64,000 bases of DNA from contig JASGHJ010000001.1 in assembly GCA_047602405.1 (NCBI GenBank), positions 1,312,001-1,376,000 of the forward strand. The letters run 5' to 3'. The notes beneath the pieces are model-generated. The model saw only the letters and a program-made list of their open reading frames with translations. It made no database searches and had not been told where the DNA came from. The translations under genes were made by a program, and so were the position numbers. Numbering within the stretch: position 1 is the first letter of the stretch; each line of letters begins with the position of its first letter. This document shows, in pieces, positions 10,363 to 23,309 of this stretch. The stretch comes from Anaeromyxobacteraceae bacterium. GTDB taxonomy: Bacteria; Myxococcota; Myxococcia; Myxococcales; Anaeromyxobacteraceae.

Positions 10363-13300
10363 GTGCGCACCCGGATCGTGGCCCTGACCCTCCTCGCCGT
10401 CGCCGGCTGCGGCGATCTCACGCTGCCGTGGTCGGACCCGCCCACCCTCGCGGAGCGGGGCAGGCCGGCGGGGCAGATGCGGCTCTCGACCGACGCGGTC
10501 GCCTACCGCGGCTACGTCGGCGTGCAGCCGTCCGTCCCGTACGTCGTCGTCGGCGTCGTCGGGGCGGACGAGCCGCTCGGCGTCTACGCGACCTACGACG
10601 GCGCCGCGGTCTCCTCGCTCTGGGCGAGCCCGCTCTCGGCGACCTCGATCGAGCTCGGCTTCACCGCGGTCACGCCGCAGGTGCCGGGCACGCTCGAGAG
10701 CGTGATCGTCGTCCACGTCTGCGCCGACGAGGGCTGCGTGCGCGAGCTCGAGAACAGCCCCATGTCGGTGCGGATCACCGTCGAGGGCGTCCAGCCGGAG
10801 CTCGTCCCCTCGAAGGAGGCGATCGGGTTCACGTACCAGCACGGGGGAACGGGCGCCAGCCCGGTCGAGGATGGGTTCACCGTCCGCGAGGCCGCGCTCG
10901 GGTTGCCGTACGAGGCGACCCTCGGGGTCACCTACGAGGGCGCGCGCGCGGGCTGGCTGAGCTACAGCCACACGCCGGCGGGCGACGCGTTCCAGTGCTC
11001 CGTCCAGGAGTACGAGGCGAGGACGCTGCCGCCCGGCGTGTACCGCGCCGACGTGGAGGTGCGCGCGCTCGGGACCGAGCTCCGCGTGCCGGTGGCGCTG
11101 ACCGTGACGGAGCCGGCCGTCTCGTCGATCTCTCCCGCCTCGGTCTCCTTCTCGGCGTTCCGCGGTGGATCGCTGCCGGCGGAGCAGAGCGTCACGCTGC
11201 AGGCGGCGGGCGTGGCGGTGCCGCGGAGCGTCCTGACGTCGATCGAGTACCCGCCCGGCGAGGTCGCCTGGCTCTGGGCGGCGGGCGCCGCCTACCCGGG
11301 CACCGTGACCCTGGGCATGAACTCCACCGACGTGCCCGGTGGGGCGCACGCCGCGACGGTGCGCCTGCGCTCGGAGTTCGGGACCGACCTCGGCACCATC
11401 GCGGCGCGCCTCGACGTCGCCGAGGTGCCCTACGCGGCGGTTCCCGCCGGACTCGCCTTCTCGATCTCCTCCGTCTGGCCCACCCGCCCGGCCTCCCAGA
11501 CCGTGGCGATCGACAGCCCGAACGCGCCGAGGTTCCCGTTCGAGGCCGCCGTCACCGTCGACTACGCCGCCGGCCCGTCCGGCTGGCTGGACACGTCCGG
11601 CACCGCGCTCGTGCCGGGCCACGTCGGCGTGGGGGTCTGGGTCACCGGCCTCGCCCCGGGCACGTACCACGCCACGGTCCTCGTGAAGCGCGCCTCGGAT
11701 GGCCATACGCTCGTCGCGATCCCGGTCACGCTGACCGTGAAGCCGCCCGCCCTCGTGGCGACCCCTCCGTCCCTCACGTTCCGGACGTACCAGAACGAGG
11801 CGGAGCTGCCTCCCGCCCAGACCGTGACGCTCACGTCGGCGATCGGCGAGCCGGTGGCCTACACGGTGAGCTGGTCCGCCGGGTGGCTCCCCTACGCCCA
11901 CCCGCCCGGCGCGACGACCCCGGGGACGGTCGAGGTCCAGCCGTACGCCAACTACTACAACCCGGGGATCCAGGAGGCCGAGATTCTGGTTCCTCTCGCC
12001 CGACCGCGAGCCGCTGCTGCGCGTCCCGGTCGCCTACGAGGTCCTGCCCGACCCGCTCCACGCCCTTCCGGAGGAGGGGACTCGGTTCACGGTGGGGCCG
12101 GGCTCGACCGACGCCGACCTCGATCGCCTGGTGACCCTGGAGGACGGCGGTGCCCACTCCACGTTCACCGCCCTCGGCCCGCCCTGGGTCTCCCTGACGC
12201 CGACGTCCGGCGCCACCGGGCCGGGCACCACCCTCGCGCTGCACCTCCCGAGGGCGAGCCTCCCGGGCCTGAACGACGCGTACGGAGGCGTGGGTGAGGT
12301 GAAGCTCGTCCACAGGCCGCCGGGCGGTCTCTCCCCGATCACGCTCTCGTACCCGGTCGTCGCGACGGTCCGCCTCCCGGTGGTCCGCGCGGTCACCCCG
12401 TGGGCGGTCGCCGCGGGCGACCTCACGCCGGTCCGCCTCCACGGGCTCAACCTCGACCAGGCGGTCCCGGGCGGCGTCACGCTCGGCGGCGCGCCGATCG
12501 CGACCGAGCCCACGCCCTCGGCCGACGCCGCCACCGCGGTCCCACCGGTCCTCGCGCCCGGCGCGCACGCGGTCTCGGCGCCGAACGCCCTCGCGCTCGA
12601 CCTCGGCGGCACCGCGCTGCACGTGGTCGCGGTGGGCCCGCGGGCGGCCGCCTCCGGCCCGTCGCAGGCGGGCGAGCGGGCCGCCCTCGTCCGTGACGAC
12701 GTGCGGGGCGCGACCTACGCGGCCAACACGGGCGGCTGGCTCGAGCGCTGGCGGGACGCGGCCGGCCACGCGCTCGAGAAGCTGCCCTTCCCGGCGCTCC
12801 GCGGCGCGGCGCTGACGCCGGACGGCGCGACGCTGCTCGTGCTCGCCGGCGAGGACCTGTGGGAGGTCGATCCGGCCGCCTTCACGAAGCCGTCCGCGCC
12901 GGTCGCGTCGCTCTCCTCGTGGCACCTCGCGACCGGCACGTGGCGGCTCGCCATGGCGGCCGACGGGATCGCGATCCTGGGGCCCTCGAATTCGGCGTGG
13001 GCGGGCACGTGCCTCCGGTACGTCGTGCGCACGCAGGAGCTCCTGTGGGGCGGCGGCTGCGGCGCCGACTCCGAGGCCGACCTCGCGGCATCCCGCGACG
13101 GCGAGCGGATCGTCTTCGCCGCCGGCACGGAGATCCTCACCTCCTACGACGCGAGCGGCGGGGGCATGGCCGTGAAGGCCCTCGCCGCGAACGTCCCGGT
13201 GTTCCACCCCGTCCTCGATCGCACCGGCCGCCGCTACCTGCCGTCGACGGTCGGGGCAGGCCAGCTCCGCGACGAGAACCTCGACCCCATCCCGGGCACG

Positions 13301-13552
13301 CTCGGGGCGGGCACGCTCGCGGCGGCGCTCTCCGACGGCGGCGACCGGGTCTTCACCTGGGACGCCTCCGGGAAGGTGCGCGTCTGGGACGTCTCCGCGC
13401 CGGTCGCGGATGGCGGGACCTATCCGGAGGTCGGCCTGGGCGTGACCCCCGTCGCACTCCCCGGCGCGAACCCCCGCGCGGCGCTCTCGGTGGACGGGAA
13501 GACGCTCTACCTCGTCGGCGACACCGCGCTCGTGGTGGTGCCGCTGCCGTAG
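10363..13552 (+). CDS. large lipoprotein with BACON/Ig-like repeats and C-terminal beta-propeller; apparent frameshift at 11982-11986
   Basis: Lipobox LAVAGC after GTG 10363; repeated 'P.SLTF..P..QTV..WL..PGTY.ATV' modules. Removing one T from GATTC restores EIWFLSPDREPLLRVPV and joins ORF 12092..13552. Confidence 0.75.
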
Positions 13553-13634
13553 CACGCGGGCGGCCAGGCGGTCGCGGGCGCTCCGCGACCGCCGAGGCTT
13601 CCGCGGCGCCCGGCCGCTGCGCACGTTCGGGGGG

Positions 13635-14468
13635 ATGGCCGCCCCCGAGCCCCCCGACACGAGCCCCGCCGCCGCGACCGCCGAGCGCGATCCGGGTGAG
13701 CTCGACGCCCGCGCCGACGCCCTGCGCGCCCTCGCCGCCGCGCGGGTGCCGCACCTCGTCGGCGGCGCCTACGCCTTCTTCGCGTACACCGGCATCTACC
13801 GCGACACGAAGGACCTCGACGTCTTCATCCGGTTCGCCGACCTCGAGGACGCGTTCCGGGCGCTCGAGGCCGAGGGCTTCCGCACCGAGCTGACCGATCC
13901 GGGCTGGATCGCGAAGGCCTTCCGGGGCGAGTGGTTCGTCGACCTCATCTTCTCGTCCGGGAACGGCGTCGCGGTCGTGGACGAGGCCTGGTTCACGAAC
14001 GCCCGGCCGACCGAGGTCATGGGCGTCCAGGCCCGCATCACGCCGCCCGAGGAGATGATCTGGTCGAAGTCGTTCGTGCTCGAGCGGGAGCGCTACGACG
14101 GCGCCGACGTGAACCACCTCCTGCACGCCTGCGCGCGCGACCTCGACTGGGACCGGCTGCTGGCGCGGTTCGATCGGTACCCGGAGGTGCTGCTCTCGCA
14201 CCTGCTCATGTTCTCGTTCGTCTACCCGGGCCATCGCGACGAGGTGCCGAACCGGGTCATGGAGCTGCTCTGGGAGCGGACCCGCCAGGGCCACCCGCTG
14301 CCGCCGGGGCGCGTGTGCCGCGGGCCGCTCGTCTCGCGGCACGCCTACGGCCACGACCTCGCGGAGCACGGGCTCCTCGACGGGCGGAGCTGGGACGAAG
14401 GGGAGCGGGCGTCCCGCCCCGGCCCGGGGGGAGCGCATGCCGGGGTTCCGGCTCGCGGCGGCGGGTGA
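13635..14468 (+). CDS. nucleotidyltransferase-superfamily protein
   Basis: GGAYA...RDTKDLDVF (GG..DxD motif), VDLIF, and EEMIWSK..RYDGADV. Confidence 0.75.
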   Translation: MAAPEPPDTSPAAATAERDPGELDARADALRALAAARVPHLVGGAYAFFAYTGIYRDTKDLDVFIRFADLEDAFRALEAEGFRTELTDPGWIAKAFRGEWFVDLIFSSGNGVAVVDEAWFTNARPTEVMGVQARITPPEEMIWSKSFVLERERYDGADVNHLLHACARDLDWDRLLARFDRYPEVLLSHLLMFSFVYPGHRDEVPNRVMELLWERTRQGHPLPPGRVCRGPLVSRHAYGHDLAEHGLLDGRSWDEGERASRPGPGGAHAGVPARGGG

Positions 14469-15153
14469 CCTGCACTGCCGGGCCGAGCAGGTCGGCCGGT
14501 TCCGGGAGCTCGTCCGCGCCGTGAACGGCGAGGCCGAGGCGCTCCTGCTGGCGGGCGACCTCACCGATCACGGCCTCGTGGACGAGGCGAAGCGCCTCGC
14601 CGAGGCGCTCGCGGAGCTGAAGGTGCCGTGCGCTGCGGTGCTCGGGAACCACGACTTCGAGGGGGGCGTGGTGAAGGAGCTCGTGCGGATCCTCGCCGAG
14701 GCGAAGGTGCAGGTCCTCGACGGCGATCACGCGCTCTTCCAGCGCCGCGTGGGCGTCGCCGGCGTGAAGGGCTTCGGCGGCGGCTTCGAGCGCGGGATGC
14801 TGCAGGCCTTCGGCGAGCCCGCCATCAAGGCCTTCGTGCAGGAGGCGGTGAGCGAGGCGCTGAAGCTCGAGGCGGCGCTCGCGCAGCTCGATGTGGAGCT
14901 GCGCGTCGTCCTCCTCCACTACGCCCCGATCTCCGCGACCTGCGCCGGCGAGGCGCCCGAGCTCCTGCCGTACCTCGGGACGAGCCGGCTGGGGGTCGCG
15001 TGCGACTCGTTCGGCGCGACCGTGATCGTGCACGGGCACGCGCACCACGGGATCGCCGAGGGGCGGACGCCCGGCGGGAGGCCGGTCTACAACGTGGCGC
15101 TGCCGGTGCTGAAGAAGGAGGGGGACAGGAAGTTCCGCGTGATCGAGCTGTGA
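14437..15153 (+). CDS. calcineurin-like metallophosphoesterase
   Basis: GDLH, AGDLT, GNHD, LHY and HGHAH motifs. Confidence 0.9.
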   Translation: MPGFRLAAAGDLHCRAEQVGRFRELVRAVNGEAEALLLAGDLTDHGLVDEAKRLAEALAELKVPCAAVLGNHDFEGGVVKELVRILAEAKVQVLDGDHALFQRRVGVAGVKGFGGGFERGMLQAFGEPAIKAFVQEAVSEALKLEAALAQLDVELRVVLLHYAPISATCAGEAPELLPYLGTSRLGVACDSFGATVIVHGHAHHGIAEGRTPGGRPVYNVALPVLKKEGDRKFRVIEL

Positions 15154-15184
15154 CGTCCCGGGGGCCCATGGCCCCCCGTGAAAC

Positions 15185-15565
15185 TCAGTGCCGCAGCGGC
15201 GGGGGGCCGGCGGCCTTGCGGACGCGGTCGAGGATCTCGTCCATGCCGACCGACTTCGGGATGTAACCCTGGGCGCCGAGGAGCTCGGCCTCCCACTCGA
15301 AGCCGTAGGCGGAGAGGATCAGGATCGGCACGCCGGAGGACTTCGCGTCGCCGCGCATCCGCTCCATCACGCCCCAGCCGTCGAGGACCGGCATCTTGAG
15401 GTCGAGGAGCACGATGCCCGGCGCCTCGTCGGCGACGCGCTTCAGCGCGACCTCGCCGTTCTCGGCGCCCTGCACCGGGTAGCCGGCCTCGAGGAGGACC
15501 TCGGAGAGGGCCTCGCGGAAGTCGTCGTCGTCGTCGACGACGAGGATGTACTGGCCCGGGGTCAC
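15185..15565 (-). CDS. single-domain response regulator (CheY-like receiver)
   Basis: ILVVDDD..LLDLKMPVLDG..ILSA..YIPK. The GTG start overlaps the DHH gene stop. Confidence 0.88.
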   Translation of the reverse strand: MTPGQYILVVDDDDDFREALSEVLLEAGYPVQGAENGEVALKRVADEAPGIVLLDLKMPVLDGWGVMERMRGDAKSSGVPILILSAYGFEWEAELLGAQGYIPKSVGMDEILDRVRKAAGPPPLRH

Positions 15566-16551
15566 GCGGCGCCCTGCCCCTGGCCCGCCGCCGGCTCGCG
15601 CGAGAGCTCGTCGGCGATCTCGTCGGCGATGCGGCGGGCGTCCGCGACGCGCTCGGGCTCGAGCGAGACCGCGCCGACGACGGGGTGGCCGCCGCCGCCG
15701 TAGCGCTCGCAGATCTTCGAGATGTCGTGCGGGCGGGCCGGGCGGGCCCACGGGTTCGAGCCCACCGAGACCTTCGCACGCTTCGCGTCGCGGGTGACGG
15801 CGACGACGTAGCTCGCGTGGGGGAAGAGGTCGTAGGCGATGAACTTGTTGGGCGAGGTGATGCCGCTCTCCGAGAGGTCCATCCGCACGACCCCCTGCAC
15901 CTGGCGCGCGAGCTTCCGCACGACGTCGACGTTGCCCTGGTGGCGCGCCTTGAGCGGCGCGAACGGCCCGGCGATCCAGGGCTCGGCGGCGATCTCGGCG
16001 AGCGGCCGGCGCTGCATGGCCTCGATGACGCGGGTGGGGAGCGCGGGATCCTGGGTGGCCTCGAGCACCGTCATGACGTGCAGGGCCGGGGCCTCGAGCC
16101 GCACCGCGGTGGAGGGCGACTCGAAGCGGGCGGCGTCGATGACGTCGGCCCACCGGACGAGCTCGTCGAGCTCGGGCGCCTGCCAGCCGAACCGCGCCGC
16201 GACCGTGCGCGCGATGAAGCCCGCGCAGGAGGGCGCCTTCGGATCCCAGAACTTCCGCGGCGAGCACTCGGCCTCGTAGGCCGCGCGGTCCTCCGGCGTC
16301 GGGAAGCCGCTCGCGTGGTGATCGAACCACCAGTGAAGCCGCGGGTCCCGCGAGTAGCGGAAGTCGACGCAGGCGTTCACGTCGCCGTCGAAGGCGTCGG
16401 CCGGGAAGGCGTTGCCGAGGGCGTGGTGGACCGGCTCGTAGCGGACCTGGGCGCCCCGCACGCCCTCCTGGTCGGAGAGGAAGCGCGAGACGATCGCCGC
16501 GGAGGCGCAGCCGTCGAAGCAATTGCCGTGATAGAGGATCTTGAGCTGCAT
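15562..16551 (-). CDS. DHH/DHHA1-family phosphoesterase
   Basis: YHGNCFDG, CVDF, WFDHH and C-terminal GGGGHPVVG. Confidence 0.88.
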   Translation of the reverse strand: MQLKILYHGNCFDGCASAAIVSRFLSDQEGVRGAQVRYEPVHHALGNAFPADAFDGDVNACVDFRYSRDPRLHWWFDHHASGFPTPEDRAAYEAECSPRKFWDPKAPSCAGFIARTVAARFGWQAPELDELVRWADVIDAARFESPSTAVRLEAPALHVMTVLEATQDPALPTRVIEAMQRRPLAEIAAEPWIAGPFAPLKARHQGNVDVVRKLARQVQGVVRMDLSESGITSPNKFIAYDLFPHASYVVAVTRDAKRAKVSVGSNPWARPARPHDISKICERYGGGGHPVVGAVSLEPERVADARRIADEIADELSREPAAGQGQGAA

Positions 16552-16774
16552 TCGGGCGTGAACCTAAGGTTCCCGGCAGCATAGCCGCAACGCAACCCCG
16601 CACGCCGGTTCCAGATTGCCCGGGCCCCAAGCGTGAGGTCCGGTGGCTCGGGAACGCTGCGCCGCTCCACGTCCGGCAAGCTCGGGCATGGGGGCCGCCC
16701 CGAGGCCGGAGGCGGCCGGGCGGGCGGTTCGGCGGTGGCGGCCCCGGGACCCTGCGGGTACACTCGGCCCGGCC

Positions 16775-17741
16775 ATGGAAGCGATCCGCATCGGGGCGCT
16801 GCTCGAGGACAACCGGTTCGACCTCCGGTTGCAGCTCCTCGCCGGCAAGCAGGGGCTCTCGCGGCGGATCAGCTCGGCACGCATCCAGAAGCCCGGCCTC
16901 GTGCTCGCGGGCTTCACCGAGAACCTCCACAAGGAGCGGGTGCAGGTCTTCGGCAACACCGAGATGAGCTACATCGCCACGCTCGCGAAGGAGCGGGTCC
17001 GCGAGGTCATGCGGATGTTCTTCGCCCAGGACGTGGCGTGCCTCGTGGTGACGAAGGGGCTCGAGGTGCCGCCGGAGGTGGTGGCCGCGGCCGACGAGGC
17101 GGGGGTGCCGCTGCTCCGCACCGTCCACCTCTCCTCCACCTTCATCGAGTCGGTGCAGTCCTGGCTCGAGGACGTCCTCACCGCCCAGACCTCCATGCAC
17201 GGGGTGCTGCTCGACGTCTTCGGGGTCGGCATCCTCCTCCTCGGCAAGTCGGGCATCGGCAAGAGCGAGAATCGCGCTCGACCTCATCATGCGCGGCCAC
17301 CGCCTCGTCGCCGACGACATCGTCGACGTGAAGCGCAAGGCCGCCGACGCGGTCTTCGGCGCCGGCTCCGAGATCATCAAGCACCACATGGAGATCCGGG
17401 GCCTCGGGATCATCAACATCAAGGACCTCTTCGGCGTCGCGGCCATCCGCGAGCGCAAGAAGATCGAGATCGTGCTGGAGCTCGTGGAGTGGGACCCGTC
17501 GGTCGAGTACGACCGCCTGGGCGTCGAGGAGAAGAAGTACCGGGTCCTCGACGTGGAGATCCCGATGCTGGTGGTGCCGGTCCGGCCGGGCCGCAACATG
17601 ACCACCATCGTCGAGGTCGCCGCCCGCAACCACCTCCTGAAGCTCCAGGGCCACCACTCGGCGCGGGAGTTCCAGGAGCGCCTGAACCGCGCCATCGCGC
17701 TCGCGCCCGGCGGGCGCGTCGGCGAGACGGAAGTCGAATGA
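16775..17741 (+). CDS. hprK: HPr kinase/phosphorylase; apparent frameshift at 17269-17273
   Basis: [35 protein letters not shown] (Walker A), then [18 protein letters not shown] and PVRPGRN in the next frame. Confidence 0.93.
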
Positions 17742-17748
17742 GGGGCAG

Positions 17749-18642
17749 ATGAGCGAGGCAGAGTCCACCGCAGGCTCCGACGGGCCGCGGGTCGTCATCC
17801 TCACCGGCCTCTCCGGGTCGGGGAAGACGACCGCGCTGCGCGCGCTGGAGGACGCGGGCTACTACTGCGTCGACAACCTCCCCATCGTGCTCATGGAGAA
17901 GCTCATCGAGCTCTCCGGGCACACCGCGGGCGAGGTCTCCCGCATCGCGCTCGTGGTCGACGCCCGCGAGGGCCGGTTCCTCGGCGAGGCGCCGCGCATC
18001 ATCGGCGAGCTCCGCGCGAAGGGCATCGACCTCGAGGTCCTCTTCTTCGACGCCTCCGACGAGTCGCTGGTCCGCCGCTACTCCGAGACCCGCCGCCGCC
18101 ACCCGCTCGCCGGCGAGGGCGGCACCGTCCCCGACGGCATCGCCGCCGAGCGCGCCGCGCTCGCGGATCTCAAGGCGGTGGCGGACGAGGTGGTGGACAC
18201 GACCACCCTCAACGTCCACGAGCTGAAGCGGCTCGTGGCCCGGCGCTTCGTCGCCTCTCAGGAGGCCCGGCTCGGCGTCACGGTGGTCAGCTTCGGGTTC
18301 CGGTACGGCATCCCCACCCACGCCGACCTCGTCCTCGACGTCCGGTTCCTGCCGAACCCCTTCTTCATCCCGGAGCTGAAGCCCTTCCCGGGGACCGACC
18401 CGCGGGTGGCGAGCTTCGTCCTGGGCCAGCCCGACGCGAAGGCGTTCCTCGAGCGGCTCAACGACCTCCTCGGCTTCCTCCTGCCGCGGTACCGGTCGGA
18501 GGGGAAGACCTACCTCACCATCGCGATCGGCTGCACCGGCGGGAAGCACCGCTCGGTCGCGCTCGCCGGGGCCCTGACCGACCGCCTCGAGGCGAGCGGC
18601 CAGCCGGTGCGCCTGTGGCACCGCGACGTCGAGAAGGAGTAG
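17749..18642 (+). CDS. rapZ: RNase adapter RapZ (YvcJ family P-loop protein)
   Basis: [43 protein letters not shown] and [10 protein letters not shown]. Confidence 0.95.
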   Translation: MSEAESTAGSDGPRVVILTGLSGSGKTTALRALEDAGYYCVDNLPIVLMEKLIELSGHTAGEVSRIALVVDAREGRFLGEAPRIIGELRAKGIDLEVLFFDASDESLVRRYSETRRRHPLAGEGGTVPDGIAAERAALADLKAVADEVVDTTTLNVHELKRLVARRFVASQEARLGVTVVSFGFRYGIPTHADLVLDVRFLPNPFFIPELKPFPGTDPRVASFVLGQPDAKAFLERLNDLLGFLLPRYRSEGKTYLTIAIGCTGGKHRSVALAGALTDRLEASGQPVRLWHRDVEKE

Positions 18643-18810
18643 CGCACCACGGCACCGGCGCCGGGCTCCCCCCGGTCCGGTGACGCTGCGCCCGGGTCGC
18701 ATTCACAGGGGACCGACGCCGTCCGATCGAAGTGCTGGTATCGGGCGGCGAGAGGGACTAATGATGCGCCGCCCGAGGTCGGCCCTGGCCACGGCGTGGA
18801 GGCAACTCGA

Positions 18811-19227
18811 ATGATCGGAGTCGTGGTCGCCACGCACGGTCGCCTGGCCGAGGAGCTGATCCGGACGGCGGAGGGGATCGTCGGTCCGCTCGACCGGTGC
18901 GAGGCCATCAGCATCGGCTCGAACCAGTCGATGGAGGACTGCAAGGCCCGCCTCGAGGAGGCCGTGCGCCGCGTCGACGAGGGGCAGGGCGTGCTCGTCC
19001 TCACCGACATGTTCGGCGGCACCCCCGCGAACCTCGCCCTCATGCTGCTCGACGAGCGGCTCGAGGTGGTCACGGGCGTGAACCTGCCCATGCTCATCAA
19101 GGTGGCCTCCGCGCGCTCGAGCGGCCTGCCGCTCGCCGAGGCCGCGCAGCTCGTCACCAACCACGCGCAGAAGAACATCTCCGTCGCCTCCGAGGTGCTC
19201 CGGGCCCGGGCCCGGCCGCGCACCTGA
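18811..19227 (+). CDS. PTS mannose/fructose-family IIA component
   Basis: VVATHG, LTDMFGGTPAN and VTGVNLPML. Confidence 0.93.
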   Translation: MIGVVVATHGRLAEELIRTAEGIVGPLDRCEAISIGSNQSMEDCKARLEEAVRRVDEGQGVLVLTDMFGGTPANLALMLLDERLEVVTGVNLPMLIKVASARSSGLPLAEAAQLVTNHAQKNISVASEVLRARARPRT

Positions 19228-19271
19228 GCCGCCCTGAATGCAGCGCCCCGCCCGCACGTCCTGATCGAGCC

Positions 19272-19763
19272 GTGATCGCCCTCCTCCGCGTCGACAACCG
19301 CCTCCTGCACGGGCAGGTCCTCGAGACCTGGATCCCGAAGCTCCGGGCGACCCGCGTGGTGGTGGCGGACGACCAGGCGGCCCAGAACCTGCTCGCCCGC
19401 ACCGCGATGACGCTGTGCCTGCCCCCGAGCGTGAGGGCCGAGGTCGTGCCGCTCGGGGGGCTCGACTGGAGGTCGCTCGCGACCGCGAAGGACCAGGTGC
19501 TCGTGCTCGTGCGCGACGTCGAGGCGCTCGGCCGGGCGCGCGAGGGTGGCCTCGGACCCGCGGAGGCGCCGCGCGTCAACGTCGGCAACGTGCACTTCGG
19601 CGCGGAGCGCCGGTCGGTGACCCCTTCGGTCTGGCTCTCCGGGTCCGAGATCCGCACCCTCCGTGACATGGAGGCGGCGGGCTTCGCGGTGGAGGTGCGC
19701 GCGATCCCGACGGAGCCCCCCACCGGGATGGCCGAGATCGAACGCCGGTACGCGGCGCCCTGA
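19272..19763 (+). CDS. PTS mannose/sorbose-family IIB component
   Basis: LLRVDNRLLHGQV (phospho-His motif) and VNVGNVH. Confidence 0.9.
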   Translation: MIALLRVDNRLLHGQVLETWIPKLRATRVVVADDQAAQNLLARTAMTLCLPPSVRAEVVPLGGLDWRSLATAKDQVLVLVRDVEALGRAREGGLGPAEAPRVNVGNVHFGAERRSVTPSVWLSGSEIRTLRDMEAAGFAVEVRAIPTEPPTGMAEIERRYAAP

Positions 19764-19772
19764 TCGGCTAGG

Positions 19773-20474
19773 ATGGACGAGGTGCCCTACCTCGCCCTGG
19801 CCATCGTCGCCGGCCTCGCCGCCGTGGAGCGGAAGGGCTTCCTCCAGGCCATGCTCTCGCGGCCGATCGCGCTGGCGCCGATCACCGGCTGGGTGCTCGG
19901 GGACCTGAAGGGCGGGGTCCTCCTCGCGGCGCCGCTCGAGCTCCTCTGGCTGGGCGCGGTGAACCTCGGCGCGGCGCTCCCGGTGCACGAGGCGCTCGCC
20001 ACGGCCGCGATCACCGGCGGCGCGGTGCTCTCCGGGCGCGCCATGGGCCTGCCGGTCGGGCCGGAGATCGCGCTCCTCTCGACGCTCGTGGGGATCCCGC
20101 TCGCGGTGCTGGGCCGCTCGGTCGACCGCTTCACCGAGACCTGGAACGAGCACCTCGCCGACCGCGCGGAGCGGCAGCTCGCGCGGGGTCACGTGAAGGC
20201 GGCGGCGCGCACCAACCTGCGCGGCCTCCTCCTCCCGTTCGCGGTCGGCGCCGTGCTCGCGCCGCTCGGCGCCGCGCTGGCGGCCCTGGTCGTCCCGCCG
20301 GTGCTGGAGCGGGTGCCCGACTGGGCGCCGCTCCGGCTCGGGTTCCTCGCCTTCGCCGCCTTCGCGTGCGCCGCCGGCGCCCGGGTGATGCGGGCCCGCA
20401 CCGCGCCCGGCTTCTTCTACGCGGCGCTCGCGGGCGCGGTCGTGCTGGGCCTCGTCGCGGGGGGCCACCGGTGA
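19773..20474 (+). CDS. PTS mannose-family IIC component
   Basis: QAMLSRPI..G..LGDL..G...LELLWLG..NLGAALP; hydrophobic. Confidence 0.85.
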   Translation: MDEVPYLALAIVAGLAAVERKGFLQAMLSRPIALAPITGWVLGDLKGGVLLAAPLELLWLGAVNLGAALPVHEALATAAITGGAVLSGRAMGLPVGPEIALLSTLVGIPLAVLGRSVDRFTETWNEHLADRAERQLARGHVKAAARTNLRGLLLPFAVGAVLAPLGAALAALVVPPVLERVPDWAPLRLGFLAFAAFACAAGARVMRARTAPGFFYAALAGAVVLGLVAGGHR

Positions 20475-21238
20475 GCGGCCGGGTGCCCCGCCGCACGCTC
20501 GTGCGCGTCTTCTGGCGCTGCCTGTTCCTGCAGGCGGCCTGGAACCGGCGCGGCATGCAGAACCTCGGCTTCGCCTACGCCATCGACCCCGCGCTGCGCC
20601 GGCTCTACCCGGACGAGGGCGCCCGCGTCGAGGCGCTGCGCCGGCACCTCGGCTTCTTCAACTGCCACCCGTACATGGCCTCGGCCATCGTGGGCGGCGC
20701 GATCTGGCACGAGGAGCGGGTGGCCGCCGGCGAGGAGCCGCGCGACGGCGCGCTCCAGTACAAGGCCGCGCTGCAGGGCCCGCTCGCGGCGCTCGGTGAC
20801 GGCTTCTTCTGGACCGCGCTCCGCCCGTTCTCCGGCGCGCTCGGCGCGGTCGGCGCGCTCGTGTTCGGCTGGCCGGGCGTGGTCGCGGCCCTGGTGCTCT
20901 ACAACGCGGTCCACCTCGCCCTGCGCGTCCAGCTGTTCCGGGCGGGCTACGGCGGCGGCGACGCGGTCGTCGCGCGCATCGCGGGGCTCGGCCTCCCGGT
21001 GCTGGCCGACCGGCTCAGGGCGGCCGGGGCCGCGCTGTGCGGGCTGACGGCGGCGGCGGTGGTGCTGATGGCGGCGGGCGCGGGCGGGCTCCCGGCGGCG
21101 GGGCTGGCCGCGGGAGCCGCGCTCGGCGGCTACCTCGCGCTCTCGCGCGGCGCGGGCCTGTTGCCCACGGCCTACGTGGTGGCGGTGTTCGCGGTCGGCG
21201 CCGCGGCGGTGCTTCATCGTTGGAAGGGGGGCGGATGA
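20471..21238 (+). CDS. PTS mannose-family IID component
   Basis: QAAWNRRGMQNLGFAY, RHLGFFNCHPY and GPLAALGDGFFW. Confidence 0.9.
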   Translation: MSGRVPRRTLVRVFWRCLFLQAAWNRRGMQNLGFAYAIDPALRRLYPDEGARVEALRRHLGFFNCHPYMASAIVGGAIWHEERVAAGEEPRDGALQYKAALQGPLAALGDGFFWTALRPFSGALGAVGALVFGWPGVVAALVLYNAVHLALRVQLFRAGYGGGDAVVARIAGLGLPVLADRLRAAGAALCGLTAAAVVLMAAGAGGLPAAGLAAGAALGGYLALSRGAGLLPTAYVVAVFAVGAAAVLHRWKGGG

Positions 21239-21509
21239 GCGGCGCGCGGCAGGAGCGGACCTTCAAGATCGTCAACGCGCTCGGGCTGCACGCCCGCGCC
21301 GCGGCGGTGCTCGTGCAGACGGCCAACCGCTTCAAGGCGGAGATCCACGTCGAGAAGGACGGCAGCCGCGTGAACGGCAAGAGCATCATGGGCGTGCTCA
21401 CGCTCGCCGCCGCGAAGGGCACGAGCATCGTGGTCACCGCCGAGGGCGAGGACTGCGAGGCCGCCATGGCCGCGCTCGCGAAGGTGATCGAGGGCGGGTT
21501 CGGAGAGTC

Positions 21510-21513
<4 letters not shown>
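21235..21513 (+). CDS. ptsH: phosphocarrier protein HPr
   Basis: NALGLHARAA (His15) and NGKSIMGVL (Ser46). Confidence 0.95.

Positions 21514-23301
<1,788 letters not shown>

Positions 23302-23309
<8 letters not shown>

Noticed and set aside
16552..16774. sigma54 promoter or 6S-like RNA in the DHH-hprK gap
   Set aside because: The candidate GG..GC spacing is 9 rather than 10 and no long rod-like pairing is evident. The GAACCTAAGGTTC palindrome coincides with the probable -10 of the DHH gene.
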